The notes beneath the pieces were generated by a model, which saw only the letters and a program-made list of their open reading frames with translations, was not told the DNA's origin and ran no database searches. Shown here piece by piece: positions 51,027-60,671 of a stretch of 64,000 nucleotides of DNA (the stretch's first letter is position 1; each line of letters starts with the position of its first letter). Location: NCBI GenBank assembly GCA_009859145.1, contig VRVR01000013.1, positions 272,786-336,785 on the forward strand. The letters are read 5' to 3'. The stretch is from Andalucia godoyi And28 (taxonomy: Eukaryota; Protista; Jakobida). A program made the translations under genes and the position numbers.

Positions 51027-52781
51027 ATGCTTCCCGCCGGACTCGGAATCTTGTTCATCTTGACATCTGCGCTTGCATTTCTGCTGGGATCGTTTCAAAT
51101 ATCGATTGCATGGCTGATCATCTTGTGCATTGGCCTGTTCTTTCTTGATCATTATTCTGGGTTTTTCGAGCAAGTGCTCTTGAAGAAGCTAAATGCGAAG
51201 AGACAGAATGCGTCTCTAAAAAACGGCACTCTTAAGCAAGGATTGACAAAGCAAGCTGGCGCTCTTGCTGGCGCTGGCGCTGCTGGAGGTAATGCGTCAA
51301 GAGATCCGTACTCCATGCTGTATCGGTCGGTGAATCCACAGTCGTTTGTGCCGTTGCTGTCTGTCACAGAGACTGGCTCTTCCTTGACAGGCAGTTCTCC
51401 GATGGCAAGCTCGTCGTTTGCGGAATCGAGAGAATCTCTGCTGAACACGATTATTGGAATGTACTTTTCACAGTTTGCAAAGTCAAGATTCCCTGCAGAT
51501 TTCCGCGCACAGCTGAACCGAGAACTTCGGCAAGTGTTCACGCAACTTCCGTCTCTTGTTAAGACGATGTTTTCTTCGGCAAAAGCAAGACAGAACATTG
51601 AGATCAAGTCCCTCAACATTGGATCGGCTCCTCCACGAATTGCCAATCTGACGTGTCGAAAGGTCTCTGAAGATGTTTTGCATCTCGATTTTGACGCTCT
51701 GTACACCGGCGATGCGCGTCTTGAAGTGAGCTTGCACACTATGGGGGGCGGGATGAAGATCAAAGTGTCGGATTTACAAATACAAGGAAGAATGCGGCTG
51801 GAGTGGGAGTTCTACTCGGCACCTTCATTCACACGAAACTTGTCTCTCGCGTTTGTTTCGATGCCGACAGTGAATTTGAAGGTGACTGCGGCATCCGTTG
51901 CGCTGAATGATGTTCCTATTCTTGGAGAAAGGATCCGCTCGGATTTACTTGGGTTGCCGAAACGGATGGTACTGCCGGAAAAGTGGTGGATTGTTCGGGA
52001 CGAGAATGAACTGTCGAAATTGCGTGATGTTATTGCTGATTATGTCGGTCGCGAGAGCACCGGAGCAGCGTCCAGTCCGGGGAGCTCATCTCTTGGAAAC
52101 GGAAACAGAAACGGGAGTGGAAGTGGCAGCGAACCAGGTGGCAACCATGGGTCGAAATTGCCGCGAATGTCCAATTCTGTAGATGCAGACTACTTTGCAT
52201 CGACACTGTCTCCATCCAGCTCGTTCATCAGCATGGATGCGATGGGAGCTGGCGCGGGGTCTGGAGCGTACCCGGGATCTTCCCACAGTACCTCTACGTC
52301 GGATACGGAAGAATCGCCGGCTAAATACTCAATTCCGCGCGTGTCCACCCCGCTGCGGCCGCTGGCAAACATCAAGAACGAACTCGACGATGTTCTTGCC
52401 CATGGAACCGATAACTCTGCGCAAATTGCAGGCACCATCTTGCACAACCTGCGGCTGCTATTCCATTCCCAAAGAAAGGTCGGAGTGGATCCGATGGTGT
52501 TTGGCAACTCCTTCACTGTGTTGGAACGGCTGATGGACACGGATCCAGACAGTGTGTTGGATGTGATTCTGCAGCCAGACAACTTTGCTTTTCTTTGCTG
52601 CGATGTTGCCGAGCGATGTTCTTGGGCCGACAATCTGTTACTCAAATTGTTTAGTTCTTCTCGTTCAGCAGTGAGAGAAAGAGTGAACGACCTCTTAGAT
52701 GACCTGGAATGTAGATATGTTATTTATGAGATTCGCAGTCGCCATTCGTCTTCGAATCCCGACCGTCTTGCAAACTCCTAG
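51027..52781 (+). CDS. N-terminally anchored SMP-domain lipid-transfer protein (membrane contact site)
   Basis: N-terminal hydrophobic hairpin; SMP-like ESRESLLNTII...IEIKSLNIGSAPPRI...IKVSDLQIQGRMRLE...LAFVSMPTVNLKV...RMVLPE; no C2 domain seen. Confidence 0.75.
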   Translation: MLPAGLGILFILTSALAFLLGSFQISIAWLIILCIGLFFLDHYSGFFEQVLLKKLNAKRQNASLKNGTLKQGLTKQAGALAGAGAAGGNASRDPYSMLYRSVNPQSFVPLLSVTETGSSLTGSSPMASSSFAESRESLLNTIIGMYFSQFAKSRFPADFRAQLNRELRQVFTQLPSLVKTMFSSAKARQNIEIKSLNIGSAPPRIANLTCRKVSEDVLHLDFDALYTGDARLEVSLHTMGGGMKIKVSDLQIQGRMRLEWEFYSAPSFTRNLSLAFVSMPTVNLKVTAASVALNDVPILGERIRSDLLGLPKRMVLPEKWWIVRDENELSKLRDVIADYVGRESTGAASSPGSSSLGNGNRNGSGSGSEPGGNHGSKLPRMSNSVDADYFASTLSPSSSFISMDAMGAGAGSGAYPGSSHSTSTSDTEESPAKYSIPRVSTPLRPLANIKNELDDVLAHGTDNSAQIAGTILHNLRLLFHSQRKVGVDPMVFGNSFTVLERLMDTDPDSVLDVILQPDNFAFLCCDVAERCSWADNLLLKLFSSSRSAVRERVNDLLDDLECRYVIYEIRSRHSSSNPDRLANS

Positions 52782-52782
52782 C

Positions 52783-52863
52783 TGTTTGTCGATTGCGTTC
52801 GCACAGATGTTTGTCGATTGCGTTCGCACAGATGTTTGTCGATTGCGTTCGCACAGATGTTTG
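52783..52863 (+). repeat. 25-bp tandem repeat x3 (TGTTTGTCGATTGCGTTCGCACAGA)
   Basis: Three exact copies plus 6 nt, starting 1 nt after the TAG stop of the SMP gene. Confidence 0.95.
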
Positions 52864-53074
52864 GTGTTTAATGCGTGCGTATTGGGGTGTTTCTTTTTTT
52901 TTTCCCTTCACCCCCCACTCCCTTCTCCTCAAAGGATCATGTTCGCTTTATTTTGTATCCAAATCCGCACCTCACCTTCTCTTCCCTCTCCTCTCCCTCC
53001 CAGCAAGTTCATTGTACATAATTCACCCAATATACACAATACATGTAGCGCATTCCGCATTTCATTCTTCGCGG

Positions 53075-54148
53075 TTAGCTAGACTGGCTGTTACCATCGT
53101 CGCGAACCAAGATTAGAGCTGAGGATCCAAACGGAATGATTGCATCAACGCCACGATACTGCAAGGTGGGTACTGGGACGGCTTGGTGTTTTGATGGCAC
53201 GAAGCCCCACATGTACAGATCTCCTCCGTCATCCAGGACTGCAGACCAGTGGGATCCAGTCACCACGGTTCTAGTCTGCCATCCGTTTGAAAATGCAGAC
53301 TCGTTGACAGCAGTCGCAACGTACGCATTGTTCGGATACGAGTGTCCAAGCTGCCCATGGACATTCACACCCCACGAGAACAGCGATCCATCCAGCGTCT
53401 GCGCTACAACATGTCCAAACCCAGCTGAAACAGAAATCACGCATTCCTCCTCGCCAATCGCCACTGGCCGCGCCCTCCCAACGCTCTTGAACATCCCGTC
53501 TGCAGAAAGCCCACATGAGTTATCTCCGAAGAAGTAAACCTGTCCAAGATCCGAAATGCAGAGTGTGAAGCACGGCCCTGACACAATTCGAGAAATCGAT
53601 TGGTCCAGCAAGTGTTTGACATAGCGAGGATACCGGAAGCCCACGTCAAGCATCGCTCCTTGCCCGGTCTCTCCACGAGGGCCATACCCAGATGCCAGAA
53701 CTTTTCCACTTTGCGTTAGAAAAACACAGTGCTTCTCTCCAACCGCAGACTCCACAATCAGCTCATCGGACACAACCGTGAGTGGTTCCCAATGATCGCC
53801 ATGCTGCAACGTAGTCCGCGTGTCCACCATCGCCAAACCCCAGAGGAACGCTGTGCCGTTCTCGGAAACCACCGAAAACATCGAATCAGAACAAGAGATG
53901 CTTGCGATCGGCATGTTCTCAAAGAAGGCAATTTTTGAAATGCGTTGTTCTGCACTCGTTTTGGCGTGTAGACTCACGGTGTAAACACACGTAACTGATG
54001 CATTGGAATCGCCCGAGCTTTGGATCACAGCGAGTGCGTGCTTGGATGATCCAACGACTTTGAGAACGGTACCTTCAGAGTTCAAAAGATCGAGCAGTGG
54101 TGCAGAGTCAGAGTCGCTGTGGTTCCCAGCTAGAAATACCAACGGCAT
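53075..54148 (-). CDS. RCC1-repeat beta-propeller protein, about 357 aa
   Basis: RCC1 repeats AVGEKHCVFLTQSGKVLASGYG, VSGPCFTLCISDLGQVYFFGDN, SAGFGHVVAQTLDGSLFSWGVNVHGQLG, VTGSHWSAVLDDGGDLYMWG. Start uncertain. Confidence 0.85.
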   Translation of the reverse strand: MPLVFLAGNHSDSDSAPLLDLLNSEGTVLKVVGSSKHALAVIQSSGDSNASVTCVYTVSLHAKTSAEQRISKIAFFENMPIASISCSDSMFSVVSENGTAFLWGLAMVDTRTTLQHGDHWEPLTVVSDELIVESAVGEKHCVFLTQSGKVLASGYGPRGETGQGAMLDVGFRYPRYVKHLLDQSISRIVSGPCFTLCISDLGQVYFFGDNSCGLSADGMFKSVGRARPVAIGEEECVISVSAGFGHVVAQTLDGSLFSWGVNVHGQLGHSYPNNAYVATAVNESAFSNGWQTRTVVTGSHWSAVLDDGGDLYMWGFVPSKHQAVPVPTLQYRGVDAIIPFGSSALILVRDDGNSQSS

Positions 54149-54884
54149 CCTCCGTTCGAACTGTTGACTGAACTGAAGCGACGGTGATCTCAGTGGAAAA
54201 CAATTTACATAAATAAATAATACGAAAAATCTTTGAAGCAAACAACGACATTGTTGCAACGGCTGACTGCTTTGTTTGTCAGCATTGAAACATCAAACAA
54301 TGCGATTTCCTTACTGTAGTCAAGTCTAGAATTTCTTTCATTCTTTCCCTTTTGTCTTTGTATTATTCCTTCTGTTTGCTTGTGTTTTTCATAATCGAAC
54401 CCTCAAACAGGACATTTCATCAGAGACAAAACATCTCATGCTCCAAACAGGCATCTTATTAACAAACGCAAACCGGCCATGCCCCGAAGATAGCGAGAGC
54501 CATGCAACCCGTTGAATCCCCTCTCGTCGGAGGCAGAGAGCAGCAAGACGAAGCGATGACCCTTTTGATGCAGAGCAATCTGCATTGAAGAGTGGGTGCT
54601 CGCCCCCCAAATAAAATAGCAAAAGAGCATGTGGCTTTGGACCTGTCTTTGGTGACGGCTTAACCGATGATGATCATGATGATTCATGTCTTGGCGAGCG
54701 ACAAAAGCAACTACGGTTTCTGAAGAATGTCGTGAAGTACAGCAGCTGACTGTGTTGGACATTTTTTGAAATAATTTTTAGTTTTCATTTAATAATGATA
54801 ATAATTGTTATTATTATCATTATTATTTGGATTTTTTATGGCACGCGAGCAAGGGCCAGATAGTGCAAGGGGCTAACGTCAGGA

Positions 54885-56192
54885 CTAGGTTTGTTCTCCG
54901 GGTTTAGGAACGACCCAGGCCTTTTGGCGCTCGCGGGCATTCCAATTCAGACACTCGGCAAGGTCTCGGAACCAGCTGCTTCTGCTTTTTCCTCTTTTCC
55001 CGTCTTCGGTCCGCACGAATGTCCCGAGCGGATGCGGACTTCGCGCGATCCAGACACACTCGCCGCGCTTGATTTCTCTTCGATTGCGCCCGTCTACTGA
55101 TGCCCATGCTGAACACCGAGAATCTTCCGGTACTCTCAGACAGATCACAGCCTGGTCGGGGAGGACCAGTGGTCGAAACGACAGAGAGTGCGGGCAAATA
55201 GGTGTCAGCAAAATGGCCGGCACGCTTGGATGGACCATGCTTCCGCCTGCGCTGAGCGAGTATGCAGTCGAGCCCGTTGCGGATGCGACAATGACACCAT
55301 CTGCCGAAATGTGAGTGACAAACTCGCCGTCGACGTAGCATTCGATGCCGGTCAAATACGGAGAGACGCCCCGGTCAATGACGACTTCATTGAGCGCCGT
55401 GAGCGAATGGTACATTTCCGCTCCTGTCTCTGCGTTCCTTTTCAGAATCAGATCGTCGAGCGTCGTTCGTCGCGGTTCAAAAGGATAGTCGTCTGAGAAA
55501 ATGACTTGTATTCGCATTCGCAGCAAGATGGGATGATCCAGATTGTCATCGTCCACCAGGCGACGGAGGATGTCTTCGTGCTCGGATATGAAGAATGGAG
55601 TCAGAAATCCCAGTGATCCGAGATGAAAGGACAAGATCGGCGGTGCTGAGCGTGGAAACAACGACGAAATGTGAAGCACTGTTCCATCACCCCCCAACGA
55701 TACCACAAAGTCAGGCTCCTCAAGCGACTTTGAAGGAGAATCCAGCGACGACAATGACAGCGACGACGACGACGACGTCGACGAAGAAGCGGATGAATTT
55801 CCAATGACGAACGACGCACCGGATCCATTTGGAACTCTGTTGGCCGAAGAGGAAGCTGAAGCACCAAAAGAAGCAGTCGTTGCAGTAGAAGAAGCAGGTA
55901 AAATCGGCGATTCCACTAGAGGAGAATGGATGTGTAGAGACGAAACACCAATATCGGCATCGGCATCGGCATCGCCATTGCTGCAACCGCTACTTGAATC
56001 CGCTTGACTTGGTTTGGACAGTACTGGATACGAGTGAAGAACACGAACTCCGAGATAGAGCTCCAGGTAGCGCACAATCTCACGACGAGCAGCCTCGACA
56101 TCCGGGTCGTTTGGCTTTGACACAACAAGCACTGTTCGTGGTGCGTGGTCAAACTCCAGACGCATTGTCGACACAGAACGCGGAATCTTCAT
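54885..56192 (-). CDS. NADK: NAD(+) kinase
   Basis: VVSLGGDGTVLH, SFHLGSLGFLTPF, ALNEVVIDRG, ADGVIVASATGSTAYSLSAGGS, TPICPHSLSFRP. An upstream exon is possible (CAG at 56200-56198). Confidence 0.95.
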   Translation of the reverse strand: MKIPRSVSTMRLEFDHAPRTVLVVSKPNDPDVEAARREIVRYLELYLGVRVLHSYPVLSKPSQADSSSGCSNGDADADADIGVSSLHIHSPLVESPILPASSTATTASFGASASSSANRVPNGSGASFVIGNSSASSSTSSSSSLSLSSLDSPSKSLEEPDFVVSLGGDGTVLHISSLFPRSAPPILSFHLGSLGFLTPFFISEHEDILRRLVDDDNLDHPILLRMRIQVIFSDDYPFEPRRTTLDDLILKRNAETGAEMYHSLTALNEVVIDRGVSPYLTGIECYVDGEFVTHISADGVIVASATGSTAYSLSAGGSMVHPSVPAILLTPICPHSLSFRPLVLPDQAVICLRVPEDSRCSAWASVDGRNRREIKRGECVWIARSPHPLGTFVRTEDGKRGKSRSSWFRDLAECLNWNARERQKAWVVPKPGEQT

Positions 56193-56703
56193 TTTTCCTG
56201 TACATACATCAAAAGCCCCGTATTCACCCTCAGTTATTCCAGCCTTTTCTCTCGAGCAATTCTACACAGTTTAGTATAGCGATCCGTGCAAAACTGTTTA
56301 CCCTTCAACCCAAACCTCTCTCCAAACATTCGGCTCGAAACGCTGCGCCTCAAACAGATTATTCGGTGTAAAAAGGGACGTTTTTTACAGTCAGCATCAG
56401 CGCCGATCCAGTGACGTTCCCCTTTTGATTGGGACATCCGTGGGTCTGCGCATCGCAAACAGAAGCAACCTATTCTTTCGTTCAGAGCTTTCGTTCAGAG
56501 CTCTCGAATGGATCAACTAGTGCATTCGTTAGAACCGTTCGGACCCTCGGAACCAGGAGAAAACCAGGGATTTCAACGAGCTTCGTTTATTGCCATTCCG
56601 CATATTTTATCCACTTGTTCTTTCTCTCTCTCGATCCTTCATTCTCTGTTGTCAAATCGAGCGGATGTTTTATTGATTGTTGATTGGCAATGGCGTGCGC
56701 CAC

Positions 56704-56705
<2 letters not shown>

Positions 56706-56738
<33 letters not shown>
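56706..56738. repeat. (AG)n microsatellite
   Basis: About 16 exact AG units. Confidence 0.95.
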
Positions 56739-56741
<3 letters not shown>

Positions 56742-56764
56742 GCCCCGCGGCGGAGGAATCATCG

Positions 56765-57187
56765 ATCACAAGGAATGCGGCTGTCAAGTGCTATCTGTCG
56801 AAGAGGCTTGTGCCCGGCAGGTTCTCACATAGATCCAACAAGCGGGAGGAGGGAAAGGCGCACCACCGGGCGTTCAAGCAGGCCTTGGAGAATATGGTAA
56901 CAAATATCAACAAAATCTCTTGCAGTGCGTCGCTTCTGTTCAATCATCATCTTCTGTCCCATATGCAAAACGGAGCCAGAGTCCCAAACTTGGTTTCCTG
57001 GAGGGATTCGTCACTGCGCACGGTGGGCAGCATCGATCCACACACAGAATTGCTCTGGACACGGAAACCATCAAGCTTCATTCCCAGCAGTACAATACAA
57101 AACAACCTTTTTCAACTATCATCCCAGCGTCCTTCTCAAAAGGATCCAAGCCATCGTCTCCGGAAGGGGCGGTTTGTGATACTGTAA
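56765..57187 (+). pseudogene. Fanzor-like N-terminal remnant (second, divergent copy)
   Basis: AVKCYLSKRL...AFKQALENMVTNINKISCSASLLFNHHLLSHMQNGARVPNL parallels AVKAALRERL...WVN..ITWRGALLLNHYL..LENDLPFPDF at 21.1 kb; frameshifted continuation LHSQQY/KTTFFNYH..LLKRIQAIV; no ATG in frame. Confidence 0.5.
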
Positions 57188-57431
57188 ATTCGCCCATTGC
57201 ACGGCTCTGCGCTAGAAGTCCCGAGACAGGAATGCGGCTCTCAGCAAAACTGAGCTGTGGACGACGACGATAGCCAAGTCAAAACAAAAATAAGAACAGT
57301 AAAAACAGTTGGTCGCGGTTCGTGCCTGTTCACCTAGTAACATACACCATTATCTTTACAGAACGTGCCCAACGCAATACAGAATGGTCTGCAACATCAG
57401 ACAGATAGATAAATAAGAAGACCGAGGAGGA

Positions 57432-59492
57432 TCAGGGACGATAGGATTCGCTGCCTTCATCGGATTCAACTTCCCAAACGTCTCCTGCAATTCCGCTGCC
57501 TGCCTTGTTCAGCAGAGAAAGCAGATCCCGAACTTCATCCTGTATGAGACGGACCTCGTCTGATCGTACAGGATCCGACATGATGCTTCGGACAGTCTTG
57601 AGAGACGCCGCAATGGAATTGGTTCGATCGACAATGTCTCGAGCTTCGTTGAAGTGTCGCGCTTCCTGGTGGCACTTTGCAAGGAAAATCATCGCGCGAG
57701 CCGTCATGATGGAGCGCTCACCAAACGCGGCTTCAGTTTTTTGAACCATTTGCTGTGAAACCTCGATGGCCTTATCCAACGACCGATCTCGGCGATGCAG
57801 AGTGGCAAGAGACAGACGAATGTGGAATATCTTCTCTTCTTCATCTTGGATATGTGCCTGGACAATATGGCTGTCCGCAATTTCGAAATGGGAAGGATTC
57901 GTGGTGTTCATAGTGCTGTGATGGTTTCCGCTTGTGCTGATGCTGCTTCTGCGGCTCCCTGGAGACGTCGCGTCCAATGAACTGGTGCCGGAATGCCGGT
58001 AAACAGCAATAATGTCTTCCCCTGCGATCATGGATACCTCCAGCATGTTATTTGCCTCGTCGAATCGTTGCACAGAGAAGCAGAGCTCCGAGCAGTCCTT
58101 TGCAGCTGCGAACAGGGACTGGAGCGATCGAACCAAAGACACCATGATTCTGTTGTACGTTTCGCGAAGTTCTGTCTCTACCTGCGGATCGTGCCGTTTA
58201 GAGGTTCGGCGCTCTGGACTCGCCAGCTCTTGCAACCTGGTGGAAATTAGAATACTCTGCTTCTGCAGCATCTGCACGGACCTCCTGAATTCGCGACAGG
58301 ACTGCCTAAAGTACTGCAATGCGTTTTCCACATGAATTACAATGCTCGAGGAGTCCTTCTTCGGCGTGGTCGTCATCAGCCGACCGGGCGTTGGCGAGGG
58401 GACTTGTGACATCTTTTCCTGCGTATCTCTGTACTTGGACCACTCGAGCATTGCGATCTCTCTGTATACCTCTCCCATGTCCATGAGGATCGACGCATGA
58501 AGTTCCGAGTCCGGATGCAGCGCATTGATTCTCGCCGCCACCGCATCGCAAAGTCCCCATGCCTTTTCAAAGAACTGCAGAGACCGCTGGTACTCGCCTT
58601 GGATCGCAAACAGCTTTCCACCGGCAAAGTAGATCGCAAACGATGGATCCCGTTTCTGTCCAGTCTGTCGACCACCACCCCCGCTCCCACAACTGCTGCT
58701 TCTGTGACTGTCCAATGCCCCAGAATCGTTGAACGCCGAGAAGGACACGGAATCATTGGAGGACATCATCATTGACTTTCCTTCAGCAGCCGTTGCCTTT
58801 GGATACTCTGCAATCCAGTCCATTGCAGAGCGCAAACACTGGTACGCTTTGGAATAGTTGGCCAGCAGGGTATGACAAACCCCCATCGACAATAGCAGGT
58901 TGGGAATCCAGTTCACAATATCCGACTTTGCGACATCGCTTCCTTCCGGGACGTCAAAGACAGACTGCTTTGATTTTCTTGCAGACTCTGCAGTCGGCCC
59001 AAACGATCCGGCATCATCGTCCCAGTCATCAAACTCGTCGCTCCTTTGCCTCCTGTTGTTTGGACTCGGGATGTAATCAGGATCCTTGATGATGGACGTG
59101 AAGATTTGAAAAGCAGCCTTCAAATGTTCCGAAGCCTGCGAGTTCATGGAGAACTCCATGTAACACGCCGCAAGATCCCAGTGCGCAAGGCCCACCTGGA
59201 CTGATTTTGTGCCAAATTGCACTCTGCTCAGTGCAATAATCTCGACTTTGGCGTCGCAAACCGCAGTCTTCAGCTCTTCGCGATGGCCCTCATATCTGAG
59301 TTTCTGCAGAAAAAGTTCGGAATACTCGGACAGTGCGATAATGCGCTCGCTGGGTGGAACATCTGGATGGATCATTCGACTCGACACACGGTCAATCGAC
59401 GCAGCTTGTCCTTGCAAAAACGAGCTTGCAAGACGCGGACTCTGGATATACCGCTCCATCAGATTCGCAGGTCTGCTCCGCTGTGCACACAT
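57432..59492 (-). CDS. TPR protein, TTC23-like, about 686 aa
   Basis: EIIALSRVQFGTKSVQVGLAHWDLAACY; multiple TPR helices (LLLSMGVCHTLLANYSKAYQCL, IYFAGGKLFAIQGEYQRSLQFFEKA, TARAMIFLAKCHQE). Start placed at ATG 59492 after a GA tract. Confidence 0.78.
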   Translation of the reverse strand: MCAQRSRPANLMERYIQSPRLASSFLQGQAASIDRVSSRMIHPDVPPSERIIALSEYSELFLQKLRYEGHREELKTAVCDAKVEIIALSRVQFGTKSVQVGLAHWDLAACYMEFSMNSQASEHLKAAFQIFTSIIKDPDYIPSPNNRRQRSDEFDDWDDDAGSFGPTAESARKSKQSVFDVPEGSDVAKSDIVNWIPNLLLSMGVCHTLLANYSKAYQCLRSAMDWIAEYPKATAAEGKSMMMSSNDSVSFSAFNDSGALDSHRSSSCGSGGGGRQTGQKRDPSFAIYFAGGKLFAIQGEYQRSLQFFEKAWGLCDAVAARINALHPDSELHASILMDMGEVYREIAMLEWSKYRDTQEKMSQVPSPTPGRLMTTTPKKDSSSIVIHVENALQYFRQSCREFRRSVQMLQKQSILISTRLQELASPERRTSKRHDPQVETELRETYNRIMVSLVRSLQSLFAAAKDCSELCFSVQRFDEANNMLEVSMIAGEDIIAVYRHSGTSSLDATSPGSRRSSISTSGNHHSTMNTTNPSHFEIADSHIVQAHIQDEEEKIFHIRLSLATLHRRDRSLDKAIEVSQQMVQKTEAAFGERSIMTARAMIFLAKCHQEARHFNEARDIVDRTNSIAASLKTVRSIMSDPVRSDEVRLIQDEVRDLLSLLNKAGSGIAGDVWEVESDEGSESYRP

Positions 59493-59518
59493 CTCTCTCT
59501 CTCTCTCTCTCTCTCTCT
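59493..59518. repeat. (CT)n microsatellite abutting the TTC23-like start codon
   Basis: 13 ct units directly 5' of the ATG on the minus strand. Confidence 0.9.
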
Positions 59519-60671
59519 TTGAAAAATACTCCACGTCAGACCACCCCGCCAAACCAAACGCATTTGCAGAAGAAAACAAATACAACCCTCCACAGTCCGC
59601 TTTCCAAACGACCCGCCGTTTCATGATCGTAAGAGCAGACATTCTTGTCGGGTCATTGTCGGGTCATTTCAACTGAAAAAGCGCAGTGAAAACTGTCTGC
59701 GTTTTGTTTTATATCAATTTTTTCCACCTGATCATGTTCATTGCATTCTTATTGAGCATTGCAAAAAATGGAAGAAATTTAATTAAGACGCCGGCATCAA
59801 TGGCTGTTCCCCGCTTCGGAAGAACATGCTTGAAGCAGTGTTTGTGGATGCAATATTGCAGGATCGCATTTGTCCAGCACCGCATCTGAACGGCCCCGAG
59901 AGTGATTATGCAAATACTCATGATCATGACGATGATGATGCAAAAGGCCGCAAAGGAGCCGCAGCAGTGGCATAGAAACAAAAGCAGAAACAGAAGCAGC
60001 AGGCACGGTTGGAATGCTGCCCAACAGGGATGGATGCTGCCGCCTATCCAAGCAGAAACCCGACGATTTGCCCAAAGCGAACGCTTGGCATTCTCCGGGT
60101 AGACAATATGAGATGTAATTATCGTTCCCCGCTCGAAACTGTATCCATTTATACCGTCATTTTTAAAATACGATTATAAAATCAAGAAGAAGAAAAGGAA
60201 AGGAAAGATTAAAAAGAAATCACTGCAAAAACTGGCAAAAATATCTGCTCTCACGACAGTTGATACACACAGCTGTCAACCGTTTCATGTCCTAATATTG
60301 CAGCATCCGCAGTCCGCTTCCCTAACGACTTCTTGCGCCTACATTATACACTGAACATGCATATCTACGAATAGACATGCATATTCAAGCTTGCATCCCG
60401 TTGCCGGGAAGGGGGTAGGCCCTGTATCGAGCGGCGTAGGCGAATGCGTCATCCCAGCGCACCCACGCCCATATTTGAATAAAAGAGTGAAACCAAAAAA
60501 CCAAACCAACGAATGATAGAATAGATGGCTACGGATGCTGCGTTAAAGAGCGCCGAAAATGCGGAGCCTGTGCCACCGGCTGAATTCTGGCCGAGCGTGC
60601 GTAAGCACGAATTTCCTGTGAACCAAACGAGCCGGTGTCGGCCAGTATCGACCGTGTCTGTTTACGTATAT

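Noticed and set aside
52783-52863. CRISPR array
   Set aside because: Repeats are contiguous with no spacers, and the context is eukaryotic with no cas genes.
54438-54750. Plus-strand frame with coding-like stretches interrupted by TGA and TAA (possible stop readthrough or variant genetic code)
   Set aside because: TAA, TAG and TGA all terminate conserved genes in this window, and the peptide has no recognisable family.
59709-59981. Minus-strand peptide RCWTNAILQYCIH resembling a ubiquitin-specific protease Cys box
   Set aside because: Short match only, with no His box or surrounding homology; likely chance.
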